A DNA stretch of 64,000 nucleotides from Antedon mediterranea (lineage: Eukaryota; Animalia; Echinodermata), in contig NC_092670.1 in NCBI RefSeq assembly GCF_964355755.1, positions 1,540,201-1,604,200 of the forward strand. Direction: 5' to 3'. Below are positions 37,466 to 51,446 of this stretch, piece by piece. Below the pieces are notes generated by a model. It ran no database searches and was not told where the DNA came from. It worked only from the letters and a program-made list of their open reading frames with translations. The stretch's first letter is position 1, and the number at the start of each line of letters is the position of its first letter. The translations under genes and the position numbers were made by a program.

Positions 37466-38475
37466 GTGACCTATTTTGTTATATTTTGCACATGTTTTGC
37501 ATATGCAAAATATCTATACAATTGGATCTTTTCCATCTGTTATCTGCACCTTCTATTTTGATTTGAATTTTATCTTTTACTTTATATCCCCTCGTGTTTG
37601 TTGCACTTGTTTACACGTTTCTCATGTGTCGTCAATAGACACTAAATTGAGAATTTCACCTGATTCTATTTATATCCCGAACAAGACTTTGTTTCTGAAA
37701 AATATTGGGAAATACTTAGCAAATCTTATAGTCATATAGCTTTAGCTACAAGACCTTTCTAAGTCAAATAGATAGAAACAATCCTGCAATTGAAAAGTAG
37801 TCTTTATTTTTTGTTTTCACTTATATATCATTATACTGTTTAGAAAGATGTATATCTTTCTTTAGCTTGTTTGACCTTTTTTCAGAATTGCTTTCTAACC
37901 CTTTCTAAAACAAATATTAAGTATAATTGAAAATTTACTTTGTAATCCCCTCCATTTATTACTTTATTAAATACTATTTTTCCACGATCATCTTTTATTT
38001 AAAGTATCATCACCGTAAATACTACCTCATCACTTTTGCCATTTCTTTTTTGTTATTGCACATACTTACCTGGCTCCTGCTATGTCCGACACAGACTACT
38101 GGACATACTGATCAGAGATCATTGATCAAAACATACTGAAATGTACTGTTTTGCTCAATAAACACTGATATTCAGATCATTTCCATTTTGTTTATTTACA
38201 ATGTTTATTTAAAAAAAACACTGTATTAATTTTATTTATTTTTTTCATTTCTCTATTCTAATGTAAGAAAAGCTTTTAAATGTAAATTATTTTATTTAAT
38301 TTGTCTTTTATATTTTCCATTGTAGCAATATTAACATTATTGTTTTCTTTCAGCAAATGTCCTGATTCATCGTTTGTTTATTGTTTACTAATTAAATTTT
38401 TACAAAATTTAACAACTTAATCAAAAAGAACATATCAAACTTAGCATTTCATTTTCCTTGTCCATCCCATAATAG

Positions 38476-38703
38476 AAATTCAAGAGTGTTCCAGCAACCC
38501 ATGTCAAAATGGTGGATTTTGCACTGAAAGAATAAATGGTTACGAATGCGTTTGTCCATCAAGTTGGACAGGGGTCAATTGTGATATTGACGTTATTGAG
38601 TGTGCCAGTTTACCTTGTATGAATGGCGCTACTTGTAATGAGTTAAGTGGTGGGTATTCGTGTACGTGCGTCCCTGGATATCAAGGAACTACGTGTTCTG
38701 AAG
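38476..38703 (+). CDS. EGF exon X copy 5
   Basis: AG/GT, 228 bp. Confidence 0.85.
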
Positions 38704-38849
38704 GTGATTATTTAACAAAATAAATTAAATAAATACAGAAACAGGAAAAATTTAACCAAATCAAACGCATTTTAAAGCAACCAAATTCATAAAATTGGAT
38801 ATCATTTATTTTACATATTTTGATCAATTCCTTGTCCATCCAATAATAG

Positions 38850-39077
38850 AAATTCAAGAGTGTTCCAGCAACCCTTGTCAAAATGGTGGATTTTGCATTG
38901 AGAGAATAAATGGTTACGAATGCGTTTGTCCATCAAGTTGGACAGGGGTCAATTGTGATATTGACGTTATTGAGTGTGCCAGTTTACCGTGTATGAATGG
39001 CGCTACTTGTAATGAGTTAAGTGGTGGGTATTCGTGTACGTGCGTCCCTGGATATCAAGGAACTACGTGTTCTGAAG
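38850..39077 (+). CDS. EGF exon X copy 6
   Basis: AG/GT, 228 bp. Confidence 0.85.
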
Positions 39078-39219
39078 GTGATTATTTAACTAACGAAATT
39101 AAATATATACAGAAAAAGTTAATCAAATCAAACGCATTTTAAAGCAAACAAATTCATAAAATTGGATATAATTTATTTTACATAATATTATGATCACTTC
39201 CTTGTCCATCCCATAATAG

Positions 39220-39447
39220 AAATTCAAGAGTGTTCCAGCAACCCATGTCAAAATGGTGGATTTTGCATTGAGAGAATAAATGGTTACGAATGCGTTTGTC
39301 CATCAAGTTGGACAGGGGTCAATTGTGATATTGACGTTATTGAGTGTGCCAGTTTACCGTGTATGAATGGCGCTACTTGTAATGAGTTAAGTGGTGGGTA
39401 TTCGTGTACGTGCGTCCCTGGATATCAAGGAACTACGTGTTCTGAAG
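39220..39447 (+). CDS. EGF exon X copy 7
   Basis: AG/GT, 228 bp. Confidence 0.85.
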
Positions 39448-39602
39448 GTGATTATTTAACTAATGAAATTAAATATATACAGAAAAAGGAAAAAGTTAAT
39501 CAAATCAAACGCATTTTAAGCCTAAAGCAAACAAATTCATAAAATTGGATATAATTTATTTTACATAATATTATGATCACTTCCTTGTCCATCCCATAAT
39601 AG

Positions 39603-39830
39603 AAATTCAAGAGTGTTCCAGCAACCCATGTCAAAATAGTGGATTTTGCATTGAAAGAATAAATGGTTACGAATGCGTTTGTCCATCAAGTTGGACAGGG
39701 GTCAATTGTGATATTGACGTTATTGAGTGTGCCAGTTTACCGTGTATGAATGGCGCTACTTGTAATGAGTTAAGTGGTGGGTATTCGTGTACGTGCGTCC
39801 CCGGATATCAAGGAACTACGTGTTCTGAAG
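39603..39830 (+). CDS. EGF exon X copy 8
   Basis: AG/GT, 228 bp; QNSG variant. Confidence 0.85.
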
Positions 39831-39944
39831 GTGATTATTTTACTAACGAAATTAAATAAATACAGAAAAGAGAAAACTAGCTAACCAAATTAAACAAATT
39901 TAAAGTATTTTTTCAAGTCAAGTATTTTTTGATAAACTTATTAA

Positions 39945-40064
<120 letters not shown>

Positions 40065-40349
40065 TGAATAAAATATAAATTCCCGAAATACTGTTTTAAA
40101 TTTAAAAAGTATATAATGTAATACTGATTGTTTTGGGAGGTCTTATAATCTTTGCCACTATTATATTACAGAATATTTAACATGTTATGGACTTAGTATT
40201 TTGTGAAAGCTAGTGCCATTAAACTTATCTTTACGTCGGCCCCTTTACTTTTGATAGTTAAGTTTCCACCTTAGAAACCAATATACTTTGGTTTGCAACT
40301 TTGACAATTGAGGGTTTCAAATTTAGTGTTGTATTATCTTTTCATATAG

Positions 40350-40463
40350 AAACGGATGAGTGTACGAGTTCACCGTGTATGAACGGTGGGACTTGTACCG
40401 ATCTTGTCAACGCCTATATTTGTACCTGTGCAGGCGGTTTTGTTGGAACTCGGTGTGAAATAG
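40350..40463 (+). CDS. EGF exon Z copy 3
   Basis: AG/GT, 114 bp. Confidence 0.85.
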
Positions 40464-41472
40464 GTGACCTATTTTGTTATATTTTGCACATGTTTTGCAT
40501 ATGCAAAATATCTATACAATTGGATCTTTTCCATCTGTTATCTGCACCTTCTATTTTGATTTGAATTTTATCTTTTACTTTATACCCCCTCGTGTTTGTT
40601 GCACTTGTTTACACGTTTCTCATGTGTCGTCAATAGACACTAAATTGAGAATTTCACCTGATTCTATTTATATCCCGAACAAGACTTTGTTTCTGAAAAA
40701 TATTGGGAAATACTTAGCAAATCTTATAGTCATATAGCTTTAGCTACAAGACCTTTCTAAGTCAAATAGATAGAAACAATCCTGCAATTGAAAAGTAGTC
40801 TTTATTTTTTTTTTCACTTATATATCATTATACTGTTTAGAAAGATGTATATCTTTCTTTAGCTTGTTTGACCTTTTTTCAGAATTGCTTTCTAACCCTT
40901 TCTAAAACAAATATTAAGTATAATTGAAAATTTACTTTGTAATCCCCTCCATTTATTACTTTATTAAATACTATTCTTGCACGATCATCTTTTATTTAAA
41001 GTATCATCACCGTAAATACTACCTCATCACTCTTGCCATTTCATTTTTGTTATTGCACATACTTACCTGGCTCCTGCAATGTCCGACACAGACTACTGGA
41101 CATACTGATCAGAGCTCATTGATCAAAACATACTGAAATGTACTGTTTTGCTCAATAAACACTGATATTCAGATCATTTCCATTTTGTTTATTTACAATG
41201 TTTATTTAAAAAAAACACTGTATTAATTTTGTTTATTTTTTTCATTTCTCTATTCTAATGTAAGAAAAGCTTTTAAATGTAAATTATTTTATTTAATTTG
41301 TCTTTTATATTTTCCATTGTAGCAATATTAACATTATTGTTTTCTTTCAGCAAATGTCCTGATTCATCGTTTGTTTATTGTTTGCTAATTTAATTTTTAC
41401 AAAATTTAACAACTTAATCAAAAAGAACATATCAAACTTAGCATTTCATTTTCCTTGTCCATCCAATAATAG

Positions 41473-41700
41473 AAATTCAAGAGTGTTCCAGCAACCCATG
41501 TCAAAATGGTGGATTTTGCACTGAAAGAATAAATGGTTACGAATGTGTTTGTCCATCAAGTTGGACAGGGGTCAATTGTGATATTGACGTTATTGAGTGT
41601 GCCAGTTTACCTTGTATGAATGGCGCTACTTGTAATGAGTTAAGTGGTGGGTATTCGTGTACGTGCGTCCCCGGATATCAAGGAACTACGTGTTCTGAAG
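41473..41700 (+). CDS. EGF exon X copy 9
   Basis: AG/GT, 228 bp. Confidence 0.85.
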
Positions 41701-41846
41701 GTGATTATTTAACAAAATAAATTAAATAAATACAGAAACAGGAAAAAGGTAACCAAATCAAACGCATTTTAAAGCAACCAAATTCATAAAATTGGATATC
41801 ATTTATTTTACATATTTTGATCAATTCCTTGTCCATCCAATAATAG

Positions 41847-42074
41847 AAATTCAAGAGTGTTCCAGCAACCCTTGTCAAAATGGTGGATTTTGCATTGAGA
41901 GAATAAATGGTTACGAATGCGTTTGTCCATCAAGTTGGACAGGGGTCAATTGTGATATTGACGTTATTGAGTGTGCCAGTTTACCGTGTATGAATGGCGC
42001 TACTTGTAATGAGTTAAGTGGTGGGTATTCGTGTACGTGCGTCCCTGGATATCAAGGAACTACGTGTTCTGAAG
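41847..42074 (+). CDS. EGF exon X copy 10
   Basis: AG/GT, 228 bp. Confidence 0.85.
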
Positions 42075-42223
42075 GTGATTATTTAACTAACGAAATTAAA
42101 TATATACAGAAAAAGGAAAAAGTTAATCAAATCAAACGCATTTTAAAGCAAACAAATTCATAAAATTGGATATAATTTATTTTACATAATATTATGATCA
42201 CTTCCTTGTCCATCCCATAATAG

Positions 42224-42451
42224 AAATTCAAGAGTGTTCCAGCAACCCATGTCAAAATAGTGGATTTTGCATTGAAAGAATAAATGGTTACGAATGCGTT
42301 TGTCCATCAAGTTGGACAGGGGTCAATTGTGATATTGACGTTATTGAGTGTGCCAGTTTACCGTGTATGAATGGCGCTACTTGTAATGAGTTAAGTGGTG
42401 GGTATTCGTGTACGTGCGTCCCTGGATATCAAGGAACTACGTGTTCTGAAG
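42224..42451 (+). CDS. EGF exon X copy 11
   Basis: AG/GT, 228 bp; QNSG variant. Confidence 0.85.
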
Positions 42452-42565
42452 GTGATTATTTAACTAAAGAAATGAAATAAATACAGAAAAGAGAAAACTA
42501 GCTAACCAAATTAAACAAATTTAAAGTATTTTATCAAGTCAAGTATTTTTTGATAAACTTATTAA

Positions 42566-42685
<120 letters not shown>

Positions 42686-42970
42686 TGAATAAAATATAAA
42701 TTCCCGAAATACTGTTTTAAATTTAAAAAGTATATAATGTAATACTGATTGTTTTGGGAGGTCTTATAATCTTTGCCACTATTATATTACAGAATATTTA
42801 ACATGTTATGGACTTAGTATTTTGTGAAAGCTAGTGCCATTAAACTTATCTTTACGTCGGCCCCTTTACTTTTGATAGTTAAGTTTCCACCTTAGAAACC
42901 AATATACTTTGGTTTGCAACTTTGACAATTGAGGGTTTCAAATTTAGTGTTGTATTATCTTTTCATATAG

Positions 42971-43084
42971 AAACGGATGAGTGTACGAGTTCACCGTGTA
43001 TGAACGGTGGGACTTGTACCGATCTTGTCAACGCCTATATTTGTACCTGTGCAGGCGGTTTTGTTGGAACTCGGTGTGAAATAG
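42971..43084 (+). CDS. EGF exon Z copy 4
   Basis: AG/GT, 114 bp. Confidence 0.85.
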
Positions 43085-44093
43085 GTGACCTATTTTGTTA
43101 TATTTTGCACATGTTTTGCATATGCAAAATATCTATACAATTGGATCTTTTCCATCTGTTATCTGCACCTTCTATTTTGATTTGAATTTTATCTTTTACT
43201 TTATACCCCCTCGTGTTTGTTGCACTTGTTTACACGTTTCTCATGTGTCGTCAATAGACACTAAATTGAGAATTTCACCTGATTCTATTTATATCCCGAA
43301 CAAGACTTTGTTTCTGAAAAATATTGGGAAATACTTAGCAATTCTTATAGTCATATAGCTTTAGCTACAAGACCTTTCTAAGTCAAATAGATAGAAACAA
43401 TCCTGCAATTGAAAAGTAGTCTTTATTTTTTTTTTCACTTATATATCATTATACTGTTTAGAAAGATGTATATCTTTCTTTAGCTTGTTTGACCTTTTTT
43501 CAGAATTGCTTTCTAACCCTTTCTAAAACAAATATTAAGTATAATTGAAAATTTACTTTGTAATCCCCTCCATTTATTACTTTATTTAATACTATTCTTG
43601 CACGATCATCTTTTATTTAAAGTATCATCACCGTAAATACTACCTCATCACTCTTGCCATTTCTTTTTTGTTATTGCACATACTTACATGGCTCCTGCAA
43701 TGTCCGACACAGACTACTGGACATACTGATCAGAGATCATTGATCAAAACATACTGAACTGTACTGTTTTGCTCAATAAACACTGATATTCAGATCATTT
43801 CCATTTTGTTTATTTACAATGTTTATTTCAAAAAAACACTGTATTAATTTTGTTTATTTTTTTCATTTCTCTATTCTAATGTAAGAAAAGCTTTTAAATG
43901 TAAATTATTTTATTTAATTTGTCTTTTATATTTTCTATTGTAGCAATATTAACATTATTGTTTTCTTTCAGCAAATGTCCTGATTCATCGTTTGTTTATT
44001 GTTTACTAATTAAATTTTTACAAAATTTAACAACTTAATCAAAAAGAACATATCAAACTTAGCATTTCATCTTCCTTGTCCATCCCATAATAG

Positions 44094-44321
44094 AAATTCA
44101 AGAGTGTTCCAGCAACCCATGTCAAAATGGTGGATTTTGCACTGAAAGAATAAATGGTTACGAATGCGTTTGTCCATCAAGTTGGACAGGGGTCAATTGC
44201 GATATTGACGTTATTGAGTGTGCCAGTTTACCTTGTATGAATGGCGCTACTTGTAATGAGTTAAGTGGTGGGTATTCGTGTACGTGCGTCCCTGGATATC
44301 AAGGAACTACGTGTTCTGAAG
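44094..44321 (+). CDS. EGF exon X copy 12
   Basis: AG/GT, 228 bp. Confidence 0.85.
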
Positions 44322-44467
44322 GTGATTATTTAACAAAATAAATTAAATAAATACAGAAACAGGAAAAAGTTAACCAAATCAAACGCATTTTAAAGCAACC
44401 AAATTCATAAAATTGGATATCATTTATTTTACATATTTTGATCAATTCCTTGTCCATCCAATAATAG

Positions 44468-44695
44468 AAATTCAAGAGTGTTCCAGCAACCCATGTCAAA
44501 ATGGTGGATTTTGCACTGAAAGAATAAATGGTTACGAATGCGTTTGTCCATCAAGTTGGACAGGGGTCAATTGTGATATTGACGTTATTGAGTGTGCCAG
44601 TTTACCGTGTATGAATGGCGCTACTTGTAATGAGTTAAGTGGTGGGTATTCGTGTACGTGCGTCCCCGGATATCAAGGAACTACATGTTCTGAAG
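44468..44695 (+). CDS. EGF exon X copy 13
   Basis: AG/GT, 228 bp. Confidence 0.85.
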
Positions 44696-44815
44696 GTGAT
44701 TATTTTACTAGCGAAATTAAATAAATACAGAAAAGAGAAAACTAGCTAACAAAATTAAACAAATTCAGTATTTCTTGATAAACTTATTAAAGATTTTATC
44801 ATCAAATTTTCCCAG

Positions 44816-44929
44816 AAATAAATGAATGTGCCAGCTCACCTTGTTTTAACGGAGGAACTTGCGATGACATGATAAATTCATTCCTATGCGTCTGTGCTTC
44901 CGGTTACCAGGGAAACAACTGCGAACAAG
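44816..44929 (+). CDS. EGF exon Y, the only intact copy
   Basis: AG/GT, 114 bp; [37 protein letters not shown]. Confidence 0.9.
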
Positions 44930-45230
44930 GTGATTGTCGGGGGAAATGAATCAAATATAAATTCGTGAAATACTTTTTTAAATTGAAAAAGTACATAATG
45001 TAATACTGTTTGTTATTGGAGGTCTTATATTCTTTGCTACTGTTATATTACAGAATATTTCGCATGTTATTGACATAGTATTTTGTGAAAGCTAGTGCCA
45101 TTAAACTTATCTTAACGTCGGCCCTTCACTTCTGATAGTTAAGTTTCCACCTTAGAAACCAATATAGTTTGGTTTTCAACTTTTACAATTAAGAGTTTTA
45201 AATTTAGTGTCGTATTATCTTTTCATATAG

Positions 45231-45344
45231 AAACGGATGAGTGTATGAGTTCACCGTGTATAAACGGTGGGAATTGTACCGATCTCGTCAACGCCTATAT
45301 TTGTACCTGTGCAGGCGGTTTTGTTGGAACTCGGTGTGAAATAG
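45231..45344 (+). CDS. EGF exon Z copy 5
   Basis: AG/GT, 114 bp; [15 protein letters not shown]. Confidence 0.88.
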
Positions 45345-46662
45345 GTGACCTATTTTGTTAATATTCTGCACCTGATTTGCATATGCAAAATATCTCTGCT
45401 ACTTACTTACGCCTACCTAAAATATGGATCTTTCAGCTTTTTTTTTGTATAGATTTTAATTAATCTTAATGTTCTTGTCATATTTCATAAACTTACCATC
45501 TATACCTGCTTGTATTTGCACATGCACTGGATTGAAAATTGCACTTTAAAAATCTATTTATAATTTCAGAAAATCTCGAAATGAATTGCTTCTTTCTTAT
45601 TAATAATCATTAGGCTGTAATAATTACATCCTAAATTACATATGCTAACTTCTCTTAATGATATTTAGCACACCTTAAATACATATTTTGTCATTTAGTT
45701 ACAACTGTATTACTTTATTTGAATGTTACTCCATAACTTTCACTAAAATAAATATTTATACAGTAATTCAAAATGTCACTTTCACGATTCTGTATTAATA
45801 CCATCCGTGCTAGATCATCTATACTACCTCATCACTCACTGGTCATTTCTCTTTGGTTATTAATGCATATAATGTTTTGTGTATTGCTGCTGTCAATACA
45901 CACAGATAGCATTACACTTTTGTAAGATGTTACGGTATTTGTGTAAAACAATTGTATAATTAGTTTTTATTTTCTTTATGTGCACATAATGACTTAAGTA
46001 TTGCTGCTGAAGTGTGTTTCAGCAAGTACTGACATGAATACTGTGCTGATTGCTCTGTGACAATACACACAGATATCATAATACACTTATAGGAAGTTTG
46101 TACAAAACATTTTAAATGGTCGAATGTTTTGTTTTTTTGTTTTTTGTTTTGTTCACTGTATAAGCATTTCATACTGTGTAAGGAACCCGTTAGGAAGTAT
46201 AGCCTTAATTGTTTTGTAGTATTTTATTTTTCTTTTAGCATAGCTTTCTTCATTGTTTATAGTATACATTTATGTATTATCTTTATTTCTAACAGTTTGA
46301 GAATATGTTGGAGGTTTCAGGTTGTGATGCCCTTTGACCTATGCATTTGTTTAGCTGTTGTCGAATCGAATGAAGAAGCATTTCCAAATGTTCTTAAATT
46401 AGTTTTCTCTTAATTTATATGCTTTTTTATTTCAGATTTTAAAAAATTTAGAAAGAATTAACTTTTTTTTTGTATTTCCTTCAGGATAAGGATATTGTGT
46501 ACATAAGATGATTGGTTGAAATAGTTGGATGAAATTAGTCGCCTTATCTGAGGAGTTTTTAAATTTATATAGAAGAGCTTGAAAAATTATTGTTCATTTT
46601 CATTCATCTTCCCAGTCCCTCTTTAGCAATCCTGCAGTAATTTGCTACTGTATTTTTTATAG

Positions 46663-46782
46663 TAACAACACCAACTGCCTGTGATAGTGGCCCATGTCGT
46701 AATGGTGCACTGTGTATCGGAGACATTTTAAACTTTATCTGCATTTGTACTTCGCAATGGATGGGACCGACGTGCGAACAGG
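46663..46782 (+). CDS. EGF exon (1 module)
   Basis: AG/GT; TACDSGPCRNGALC. Confidence 0.88.
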
Positions 46783-46873
46783 GTGAGACAATAGAGACCT
46801 TTCAATTAATGGCAACCTGTACAATTGATTTTTAACATGTGTTTATCATAAACACACTGCAGTTGTATTCTTA

Positions 46874-46963
46874 AGCCCCATTTACACTAGGATGATAAAT
46901 ATATAAGAAATGCATATCCATCTATTTATCGTCGATCGTTATCGTCGTAGTGTAAATGGGCCT
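46874..46963. mobile_element. 90-bp PIF/Harbinger-like MITE
   Basis: TIR agccccatttacacta / tagtgtaaatgggcct (1 mismatch), TTA TSD on both sides. Confidence 0.78.
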
Positions 46964-46981
46964 TTACTGTTATAACCTTTT

Positions 46982-47446
46982 TAGGGAAAGGATATCCTTA
47001 AGGTATCTTTGAGGTATCCTTGAGGTATCCTTGAGGTATCCTGGAGTATCCTTGAGGTATCCCTAAGATATCCTTGAGGTATCCTTGAGGTATCCTTGAG
47101 GTATCCCTAAGATATCCTTGAGGTATCCTTGAGGTATCCCTAAGATTTCCTTGAGGTATCCTTGAGGTATCCCTAAGATATCCTTGAGGTATCCTTGAGG
47201 TATCCCTAAGATATCCTTGAGGTATCCTTGAGGTATCCCTAAGATATCCTTGAGGTATCCTTGAGGTATCCTTGAGGTATCCTTGAGGTATCCTTGAGGT
47301 ATCCCTAAGATATCCTTGAGGTATCCTTGAGGTATCCTTGAGGTATTCTTGAGGTATCCTTGAGGTATCCTTGATGTATTCCTAAGATATCCTTGAGGTA
47401 TCCTTGAGGTATCCTTGAGGTATCGTTGAGGTATCCTTTAACCCTA
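46982..47446. repeat. 11-bp minisatellite, ~40 copies, two unit variants, between short inverted ends
   Basis: tatccttgagg and tatccctaaga units; ends tagggaaaggata / tatcctttaacccta. Confidence 0.92.
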
Positions 47447-48220
47447 CAGCAAGTGGAGTTTCCTAGTAGAACATTTGTAATGCAATGTTCCAGGTTGTCA
47501 CAAATTCAAAGTTCTCCTAATTATGGATAGTGTCCATTGATTGTCTCTATGAATATGTATTAGCATGATATGTCTTTGCTATACAAATTACACATTTTGT
47601 ATTACTTGGTAACCGTTGCGCAACTCTTTGTGTTATTAGTTTAGAGTTAATGGGCTCTTTTTTTAATGTATGATTTTTAATAGTAAACATTGTGATAAAC
47701 ATTATAGATTAGATAATCGTAAGTCATGAAAGCATGGGTGGTATATTGTCAGCAGAGCTCTGAATATAAAGCAGATGTCTTTTGTTTAATTCTCTTTTCA
47801 CTCTTGCATGTTTTTACATCTTTTCATAATTTGTTTATTTTTAACAATAATACATATATAATAAATATTTTATCTTTGCTTATAAAGTATGTAAACTTGT
47901 TTATAGCATGCACCATTTGCACTAACTTTTTTTTTTATAAATAGAATTCTGGTTTTAGTTGTCGTGTGTTGTATTTAGAATAATCGGTTTTGTATATATT
48001 TGTCATTATTTTATATATTTTTTATGTAAAATGCACTATAATGAAATTTCAGGAATAATTGTGTCCTGTCATAGCACAGCAATTATGACATGGTGACATC
48101 ACAACAGAATAATGACATCACAGGCTCGATGTCATTCATATATCATAGTGACATCACAACAATTATATTGACATCACGGATAAATCTTGTATTACGATAA
48201 TTAGATGAATATAATTTCAG

Positions 48221-48337
48221 ATGTTGATGAGTGTGTTACTTCCAATATTTGCCTGAATGGCGCAACTTGCGTTAATACTGTTGGAAGTTTTGTGTGCTTT
48301 TGTGTCGCTGGTTTCAGTGGAATGTTCTGCGAAATAG
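48221..48337 (+). CDS. EGF exon (1 module)
   Basis: AG/GT; [16 protein letters not shown]. Confidence 0.9.
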
Positions 48338-48509
48338 GTACGGTATATGATAATCATTTTGTTACTATTTTTGTTTTTATTGCGCTTATTTGAGACATGC
48401 CCCTTTAAACATTTAGAGTATTGCATACAACTTGGAATGAACTACTCTTCTCTGAATACAGTATATATATGTATATATTTCCCTGTTAATTTGTTTTTAT
48501 ATTTTCTAG

Positions 48510-48623
48510 ATGATAACTATTGCATTCCTTATCCTTGTTTCAACGGAGCAACATGTGTTGAACAACAGACCTCATTTTCTTGTATTTGTGTTGATGGATG
48601 GCTTGGACAACTATGTGATATAG
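48510..48623 (+). CDS. EGF exon (1 module)
   Basis: AG/GT, 114 bp; [15 protein letters not shown]. Confidence 0.9.
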   Translation: MITIAFLILVSTEQHVLNNRPHFLVFVLMDGLDNYVI

Positions 48624-49037
48624 GTATGTAGTGCTATTGAATAATACAACTGATATAGGTACGTAGTGCTATTGAATAATTAGGTGTGTCTGCTCATGTT
48701 ATGTTTTTTTTTAAATTTGCCCACCATTTACTTGGATGTTTTTTTTTAAACAAGTGTGTATCACTTTTGGACCATGTCAATTTTAATTAATTTGTACTTT
48801 GGTTTATTGTTTTTATATTTTTATATATTTAATATAATGTACGGTATATCTGTGATCCACTTTTAAAACCAGTGCTGTGATAACTATAAGCGTTATAAAA
48901 AAAAGACAAAACATTTTTACAAATAATAAAAGGTGTCTCTCATTTCACAGTATGTAGACCTAACTGGTTATATCTGGCGCCCACTTTCTTTTTCTTTATT
49001 GTGTCAATACTATTTTAACTGTTTTTATTGTTGTTAG

Positions 49038-49151
49038 ACGAAGATGAATGTTTGATGAATCCATGTTTGAATGTGGCCACATGTCAAAATCTACCAGGCT
49101 CATTCCAGTGTAACTGTGCTCAGGGATTTACTGGTTCATTGTGTGAGATAA
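49038..49151 (+). CDS. EGF exon (1 module)
   Basis: AG/GT, 114 bp; EDECLMNPCLNVATC. Confidence 0.9.
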
Positions 49152-49259
49152 GTATGTACTGCAATCGTGTGTACAAACAGAAAGACATAAGTTTTTAAAG
49201 AAATAATGTTATTATAAACACCTTTTCTGATTGTCCATTAATTTTTAATTTTATTTTAG

Positions 49260-49373
49260 ATATTGATGAATGTGTTGGTAACACGTGCATGAATGGTGCC
49301 ACATGTATTGATGGCGTCAATGCGTTTGTATGTTCTTGTGTTTTGGGATATACCGGTTCTAACTGTGAAATTA
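49260..49373 (+). CDS. EGF exon (VGNT family, copy 1)
   Basis: AG/GT, 114 bp; [15 protein letters not shown]. Confidence 0.9.
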
Positions 49374-49532
49374 GTATGTATACTCATTTATTAATTAAAC
49401 CAATCATTTACCAATTTGTAAATGACTCATTCAATTTTAATCCATGATTAATCGGTCAATACATGTATTTAATTTAACTGATTATACTTCATTATAGAAC
49501 TCTTAAATATGTTATCTTTAATAATCTTTCAG

Positions 49533-49646
49533 ATATTGACGATTGTGCACAATCTCCCTGTTTAAATGGTGGCACATGCTTTGACCAAGTGAATAGTTAT
49601 TTGTGTTTCTGCGTTGCTGGTTTCACTGGAGATACATGTGAAATAG
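49533..49646 (+). CDS. EGF exon (1 module)
   Basis: AG/GT, 114 bp; [20 protein letters not shown]. Confidence 0.9.
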
Positions 49647-49866
49647 GTATGGTAGCAATAAGAGAACATGACAAAAATGCACAGCACACAAACACAGCAT
49701 CACTTGATTAGTACACAAATAATGATGAAATCACTTAGTACACAACAATAATGACATCACTTACCACACAAGACATTATGACATAATCCAACAAACATCA
49801 TCACCATTCAATATTGATTTGTTTCAATAATTAATAACATTTTTAACATGTGTCTTTCTATTTTAG

Positions 49867-49980
49867 ATATTGATGATTGTGTTGGTAACACGTGCATGAA
49901 TGGTGCCACATGTATTGATGGTGTCAATTCGTTCGTATGTTTATGTGCGTCAGGCTATACTGGTTCGAACTGTCAATTTA
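49867..49980 (+). CDS. EGF exon (VGNT family, copy 2)
   Basis: AG/GT, 114 bp; [15 protein letters not shown]. Confidence 0.9.
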
Positions 49981-50029
49981 GTATGTATTTTTTTCATTAA
50001 TAACTTCTATCAATTAACAATATCAGTCA

Positions 50030-50448
50030 AAATCAAGTTCCAGTTCGGCCGCCATAAATACCGAGGCTACCATCTGTTCACATCTCCTTATCTCTTTTTC
50101 CAAGCATGTCTGTTTTGATCGACACGCTTGGCGTTCACTAAATTCAATCCTGTCCGTTATTTGATGTTATCAAACCATTGTTTCTTCTGACGTCCTCTCT
50201 TTTTCTTAATTCCCTTCTACCTTTAATATTAATGTCAGTGTACGGTACTGCCACTTCCTCTTATGATGTGGCCAAAGTACTACAGGTACTGCCACTTACT
50301 CTTATGATGTGGCCAAAGTACTACAGGTACTGCCACTTACTCTTATGATGTGGCCAAAGTACTACAGGTACTGCCACTTACTCTTATGATGTGGCCAAAG
50401 TACTGCAGGTATGCTTTCTTTTCACGATCTCTCTAAGCAGTTGTCAAG
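50030..50448 (-). mobile_element. RTE-clade LINE 3' fragment with an internal 41-bp tandem repeat (4 copies, ~50244-50410)
   Basis: Minus strand reads YFGHIIR...KRGRQKKQWFDNIK. Confidence 0.7.
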
Positions 50449-50640
50449 TAATAATAATCATTCAGTCATTGTAGCTGAACTAATCAATAAATTTTAATAT
50501 AAATGTATAAGAGTAATATCAGAACTATGCCGAAGAGAGCCTTCAGCCTGCGCCAATTCTATAGAAATGCTGCAGTGGAATAAATTAACAAACTTTATTT
50601 AAAAAAAAAAATCAATTGTTACTGTTTATCTTTATTTTAG

Positions 50641-50754
50641 ATATTGATGATTGTGTTGGTAACACATGCATGAATGGTGCCACATGCATTGATGGCGTCA
50701 ATTCGTTTGCATGTTTATGTGTATCAGGCTATACCGGTTCTAACTGTCAATTTA
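50641..50754 (+). CDS. EGF exon (VGNT family, copy 3)
   Basis: AG/GT, 114 bp. Confidence 0.88.
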
Positions 50755-51282
50755 GTATGTACTCATTCAATAATTAAACCAATCAATTATCAATTTGTAA
50801 ATATCACATTCAATTTAAATCCATAATTCATCAGTAAATAATTGTTTTATTATTTTTTTGTAATCAATAATAACTCAATCATTCAAGCTGAACTAATCAA
50901 TCAATCAATTTTAATGTAAATTAAAAATAATTTTATTTTATAGTTGTTTATTTATAATTTAATTTAGCATTTAAATATATACTATATGCTTAATATAATT
51001 AAGTAATTCTTTTAATATTTTAACTTTAAGTCATCATCTATATTATTTATATTATTTGTATTAATTAGTCACTGGTTGGAGGTACACACCTAATTGGTGA
51101 CAGTGGCTTAGGCTGCTTTTGTGCTTTCCTGGCAGCTAGTGACTATGATTTTATATTTCTTCTTACGTCGTGTTTGCTTAATTTGTTGATTTGTATTATA
51201 TTTTGTAAAATGTATCTTTTGCTAAATAAATAATAATAATAATAATAACAAATAATCAATACAATTTCTTTTTCTTTTTTAG

Positions 51283-51396
51283 ATATTGATGATTGTGTTG
51301 GTAACACATGCATGAATGGTGCCACATGTATTGATGGCGTCAATTCGTTTGTATGTTTATGTGCGTCAGGCTATACCGGTTCTAACTGTCAATTTA
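51283..51396 (+). CDS. EGF exon (VGNT family, copy 4)
   Basis: AG/GT, 114 bp. Confidence 0.88.
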
Positions 51397-51446
51397 GTAT
51401 GTACTTTTTCTTCATTATTAACTTTTGTCAATTAACAATATCAGTC

